A DNA stretch of 12,938 nucleotides, taken from NCBI GenBank assembly GCA_043228905.1, contig JBHGNT010001012.1, forward strand, positions 1 to 12,938. The letters are read 5' to 3'. Below the pieces are notes generated by a model. It made no database searches, was not told the DNA's origin, and worked only from the letters and a program-made list of their open reading frames with translations. A program made the translations under genes and the position numbers. Below are positions 8,419 to 12,938 of the stretch, in pieces; the stretch's first letter is position 1; the number at the start of each line of letters is the position of its first letter. This DNA comes from Azolla caroliniana (Eukaryota; Plantae; Polypodiophyta).

Positions 8419-9404
8419 CACTGATGATGAACAAGAAGCACTAGAAAGTAAATGCCAATATTGGAAAGACTGATTGCTGAAATGTAAAGAACATATGGGT
8501 TCATGCTCCTAGAAAGGACATTGACTTTCATACCGGAAAGAGTGATAATGCATTCCTAGCTTTTGCCTCATCTTGGCTTCTTGTAATGTCAATATGAATG
8601 CGTTGTTATTCTCATGAATTGCATCATAAATGTTATGCGTTACGTTTTGTAAAATGAAATATTCATTTTGAGGTTGTTTCTTTATGGTTTTGCATAGATG
8701 GGAGGGAATCAGTGTAGGTTTAGGATATTGAGATCCACTATTCCTTCAAATTTTGAGAATAAAGATGCTTCAATTGTAAAATTCTTAACCCCTTTTCGAA
8801 TTGAATTGTCTTCTCGAATTGAACAAAAAATATAAGACATAAAAGCATCAACAGACTTTGTGGGCTATAGAACAAGTTGGAAGTAGCCCTTTGTGGGTAA
8901 TAAGAATAGACTGTCCTATTCTCTATTGTACAAGTTTGAGGTGAAATTGACAATTTCTCAATTCATTTAGTAGCGAGCTCTTGGTTTCTCCTTGCACACC
9001 TGAAAGTCCTCTTCGAGTAAGCTAGCTAACTAAGCAGACCTTGTTGGGCTTGTTAGCCACAAATGGGGTCTTTTATGAGGGTGGATTGTATATTGGGGTT
9101 TGTAGAGAATCACCAATTAAGTGGTATTTATGCTATATCCTTGTAACACACTACCTACAAATGTTGTTATGAATCGGTGGAGCAGAGAGCCAAGATAGAA
9201 TAGTTGAGGGAAGAAAAACTCTGTTTCTAAAAGGGGGAAAAAACAGAAGATACGATGGTTGTAATAATATCGCCTCTCTATCACAGAGGGGTTTTTCTCA
9301 TACACCCTATATCTCGAAAAGGGGAAAAATAAAGTAAAAGGTAAAAGACAGGAGCACAAGCCATTTTGGCCTTTTCACACTATGTACATGTCTCTATGTA
9401 CATA

Positions 9405-9711
9405 TGTTAAGAATTAGGTAATTAAGCAAGAGTTAATTAGTACCTAATTATGTGATTAAGTTAAGTGCGGAAGATTATGTGATATGTGTGTGTATGTGTG
9501 TGAGAGGAAGAGAGAGAGGAAGCTACACTTATGAACATCCCCTATCTTGTGTTGTTCATAAGTGTAGCTTCCTCTCTCTCTTCCTCACACACATACACAC
9601 ACATATCACATAATCTTCTGCACTTAACTTAATCACATAATTAGGTACTAATTCTTAACTCTTGTTACGAATTAGGTAATTAACCCATACTTAATCACCT
9701 AATTCTTAACA
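9405..9711. repeat. Palindromic (fold-back) 5' LTR-derived segment: arms 9405-9537 and 9553-9711, 15-nt loop
   Basis: The left arm is the reverse complement of the right arm apart from 2 substitutions and 3 indels (about 25, 3 and 2 nt). It begins TGTTAAGAATTAGGT and ends ACCTAATTCTTAACA. Confidence 0.95.
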
Positions 9712-9721
9712 TGGTATTAGA
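9712..9721 (+). other. Primer binding site, tRNA-iMet type
   Basis: TGGTATTAGA directly after ...TTAACA; 9/10 match to the canonical TGGTATCAGA. Confidence 0.8.
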
Positions 9722-9880
9722 CGTGTGGTTTAGAAAACCCATTAAGCCCACCCAACTCTGTGATTGTGTGTTCGAGACGCCGACGACAAAATCCGACTAT
9801 CGTCTATCATAGTGCCGCTACGTAGCACGTGTACGTGATCGAAGGAAGAAAAGTAAAAGAAGAGAAGACACTATATCAAA

Positions 9881-12475
9881 ATGAACTCACAAATGGGTAG
9901 CTCGCTCCCTAGTGAAAAGTTAGACCAGAGCAATTATTCATCTTGGGAGTACAAGATGACCCAATACCTTGTCAGCCAAGGGTATTGGAGCTACATCAAC
10001 GGCGCACAAGAAAATCGACTCGACTTGAAGAACGCCGACTATGCAACATGGGAGCAAGCGGCGAGTCGAGTCATGTATTGCTTGGCAACATGTGTCCATG
10101 ACCACATGCTTAGCCACATTCGAGACACCAAGAAGCCTAAAGAAGCGTGGGCGAACTTAAAGAAAATGTTCGCCACCAACACAACTGCCCGAAAGCTTCA
10201 ACTTCGACAAGAGTTGAACAACATTCGGCAAAAAGACATGTTCGTGTCGGACTACACCGCCAAGATCAAGAGCATTTGCGACTCGCTTGGCTCCATCAAA
10301 ATAAATGTTGATGAAGACAAGATGGTTCAAGTATGCTTTGGCGGCCTCTCACAATCGTGATTTGACTCGTTGAGGACGATAGTCTCGGTGAGGGAAAACC
10401 CTCTGTTCTTCGACCTTCAATCAATGCTATTGGTTGAAGAGAACCACGTCCAAACCAAAATCAAGACATCGGAAGGACAAATGTTCTTCCCGAATTCGGA
10501 TGGTGGCCGAGAACGAAATCGGGTGGTAGAAGAGGTCGATTCGACCCATCGAATGAAGGGAACTCAAGCCATTGAGGAACCTTCGGAAGAAGGGGGCGCT
10601 TCCATGCTGAACAAGGTCGGAAAACGTGGCCCATCACTTTCAATTATTGCGCCGAATTACGCCGCCAACTACGAATAGGATGACTACGATGGACTATTCG
10701 TAATGAGGCATAGAGTGAACTTTATGTCGGCCTTCGACTCCGCAAGCACCTCCAATTCGGAAGACGTGTGGTTCGTCGATTCCGGCGCCTCACATCACAT
10801 GACATCCCACGAAGAGTGGTTTAGTGATTTGCGCACACCCGATCGACCCAGTGTCATAGAGACGGGAGACAACACCACACATCCCATTTGGCACATCGGC
10901 AATGTCCCATTCGGGAAAGAAGGTGAGCAAACTTGCATCAAGAATGTCTTGCACATGCCCACAATAATGAAGAATTTGGTCTCAGTCGGCCAAATCGTGG
11001 AGCAAGGCATGTAAGTCCGCTTCAACAACGAAGGTTGTTTCATCGAGAAAGATGGCCGACTCATAACCAAGGGATGGAGAGACAATCGAATGTTCATCCT
11101 TGATTTGAATGAGGTGAAATCAACCATGTATGCTAAAGTTCTTAAAATCGAGACGAACATCGAGTTGCGGCACTAAGAGAATTGGCCACATAAACCTCCA
11201 ACGGCTTCGAGCAATGCAATCAAAGGGAGTCGTCATCGGACTTCCGGCATTCGAGTCGACCAAGTATGCAAAGCATGCCAACTCGGCAAACAACATCGAC
11301 TCCCATTTACGAAGGAGAGCTCCGCAAGCAAAGGCCTCCTCGACATCATACACTCGGATGTATGGGAGCCGGCTCAAACGCCGACGATCGACGAATACCG
11401 ATTGTACGTCACCTTCATCGACGACTACTCGTGCTATTCGATCTTCCCGATGAAGAAGAAGAGCGAAGTGTTCTCCCACTTCCAAAAGGGGCAAGTCGAA
11501 AAAGAAACCGGTCGGCACATTCGATGCCTACGATCGGATGGGGGAAATGAGTACTTCTCCGATGAATTCACCTCCTACCTCAAAAGTGAAGGTATTCGGA
11601 GAGAATTCTCATGCCGACACACACCCCAACAAAATGGAGTCGCCGAAAGGAAAAATCGGCAAATACTCGAGGTAGCATGCGCCATGATGCATGAGAAGCA
11701 CATGCTGAACCTCTATTGGGCAGAAGCGGCATCCATGGTCGTCTATCTCATGAATCGGTGTACCACTAATGGAGTGCATGAGGTAACTCAATATGAGCTC
11801 CTTGTCGGACGGAAGTCGATCCTGTCACACCTCAAGGTGTTCGGAATCATTGCGAATGTACACATCCTGAACGAACAACGACAGAAGCTTGACGTGAAGT
11901 CGGAGGAATGTATCCTCATAGGATACTCGTCCGAGAGGAAGGCATACAAGTGCTATAACCCTTCGACCCGAGCGGTTCGGTTGAGTCGAGACGTAGTCTT
12001 CGATGAATCGGCATCTTGGTATAAGCCTGATTCGACTCCACCTGACTCGACTGAGAAAGAGTTGAACGTCAACTCAGAGGACAATATTCGGACAAGTCCT
12101 CTACCATAGGACAATCCAAGCCCGCGTAAGCCTTCAAGCATTCCAAGCACATCGTGGCCAAGTACGACCTTGGACAAAGGCAATGGTAAGATGCCGGAAT
12201 ACGAAGGCGACCACCCTGACGACAGTGATTCAGATGAGTCAGCTCCCTCACTAGACAGTGAGTTTGGTGTACCCATCATGTGGACACCCGGAGTAAAGAA
12301 GGCGCTTACATTAGCGAGTGAAAACGTTCGACGTTCATCTAGAGCTAAGAACCCCATCACCCGGTTCGATGACAACGAGTACATGGCCCATCACTATGCC
12401 TTCGCGATGAATGTAGCGGCCGAACAAGAGCCCAAGAGCTCCACCAAAGCGGCTCATAACCCACGATGGGTGGCA
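9881..12475 (+). pseudogene. Disrupted copia gag-pol: Gag (UBN2-type), protease, GAG-pre-integrase, integrase; truncated just before RT
   Basis: 'KLDQSNYSSWEYKM..YL..QGYW', 'WFVDSGASHHM' (10769-10801), 'KNLVSVGQI', 'RIGHIN', 'CKACQLGKQHR', 'FIDDYS', 'RSDGGNEY', 'PQQNGVAERKNR', 'IGYS..RKAYKCY', 'RRSSR', 'EP.S...A...PRW'. In-frame stops at 10358, 10676, 11012 and 12107, plus frameshifts. Confidence 0.92.
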
Positions 12476-12634
12476 AGAGTCGACCTTCGCCCACACACTA
12501 CAAGCCTTTGTCACCGGCTTGAGGGGGAGGAATCGAGATTGCCTCGAAAAGGTCGAAGAAAGCCGAAGGCCAAACGGAAGCACACGAAGCCGACGAAAGC
12601 CAAAGCGGATGTCGGACACCTCACACTTGAGCTT

Positions 12635-12643
12635 GAGGGGGCG
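12635..12643 (+). other. Polypurine tract
   Basis: GAGGGGGCG immediately before the TG at 12644. Confidence 0.8.
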
Positions 12644-12938
12644 TGTTGAGATATCAAGCTCAACTTAGTTTAGTTGGTTAGTTAACCATGTAACTTTGTA
12701 GTTACCTAGATAGAATCTAGTTAGAAGTGTTGACTATAACGCCTTAAATAGGACCTTGTACTTAAGTGGGATATTCTAGATCCTCCACTCCCAAGTACAT
12801 TTAATATAGGACTTACACCTTTGTACCTATATTCTCCTCATACATGTGCACCCTTGCACATGAGATCTATATATACCTCATTGTAGGTATTTTTGTATTT
12901 GATGATGCTTTCTAATATAGTTACTCATCCCCCATCTT
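12644..12938 (+). repeat. 3' LTR of the copia element (partial: U3 and start of R)
   Basis: Starts TGTTGAGA after the PPT (7/8 inverted match to the ...TCTTAACA end at 9704-9711). TATATATA at 12868-12875. The last 13 nt match the palindrome loop region at 12/13. Confidence 0.8.

Larger units (their letters stand above)
9405..12938 (+). mobile_element. Ty1/copia LTR retrotransposon, non-autonomous (decayed; RT/RNase H absent); 3' LTR runs off the right edge
   Basis: TG...CA terminal segment, tRNA-iMet-like PBS, gag-protease-integrase order, PPT, and TGTTGAGA LTR start at 12644. Confidence 0.93.

Noticed and set aside
9405-9711. Independent MITE with long TIRs
   Set aside because: The right end abuts the PBS exactly, ends in CA, and the loop matches the 3' LTR, so it is LTR-derived.
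12476-12649. Basic K/R-rich tail of ORF 12170-12649 as an extra (env-like) gene
   Set aside because: It is a fusion across the deletion junction into 3' untranslated sequence, is short, and has no transmembrane segment.

Overview
Eukaryotic land-plant genomic DNA. A fern or other seed-free vascular plant is inferred from the Tcn1-like element and the PLS-type PPR relic; this is not proven. From left to right: (1) the 5' end of a minus-strand Ty3/gypsy chromovirus-like LTR retrotransposon (LTR, gag, start of pol), with no tRNA primer site but a perfect 11-nt Tf1-type self-priming signature and a -1 frameshift cassette; (2) a degraded intergenic stretch with a tRNA-like SINE head and a PPR pseudogene fragment; (3) an intact-looking 4-exon TRM/LONGIFOLIA-family host gene (VARLMGL and DUF4378 motifs, 4443-7958, 951 aa predicted) with a uORF-rich leader; (4) a plus-strand Ty1/copia element that is decayed and lacks RT/RNase H. 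The copia 5' 'LTR' is a 307-bp fold-back palindrome: an inverted R-U5 copy apparently replaces U3, so it does not match the visible U3 of the 3' LTR. The palindromic LTR, the self-priming structure and the frameshift pseudoknot are the most notable observations.
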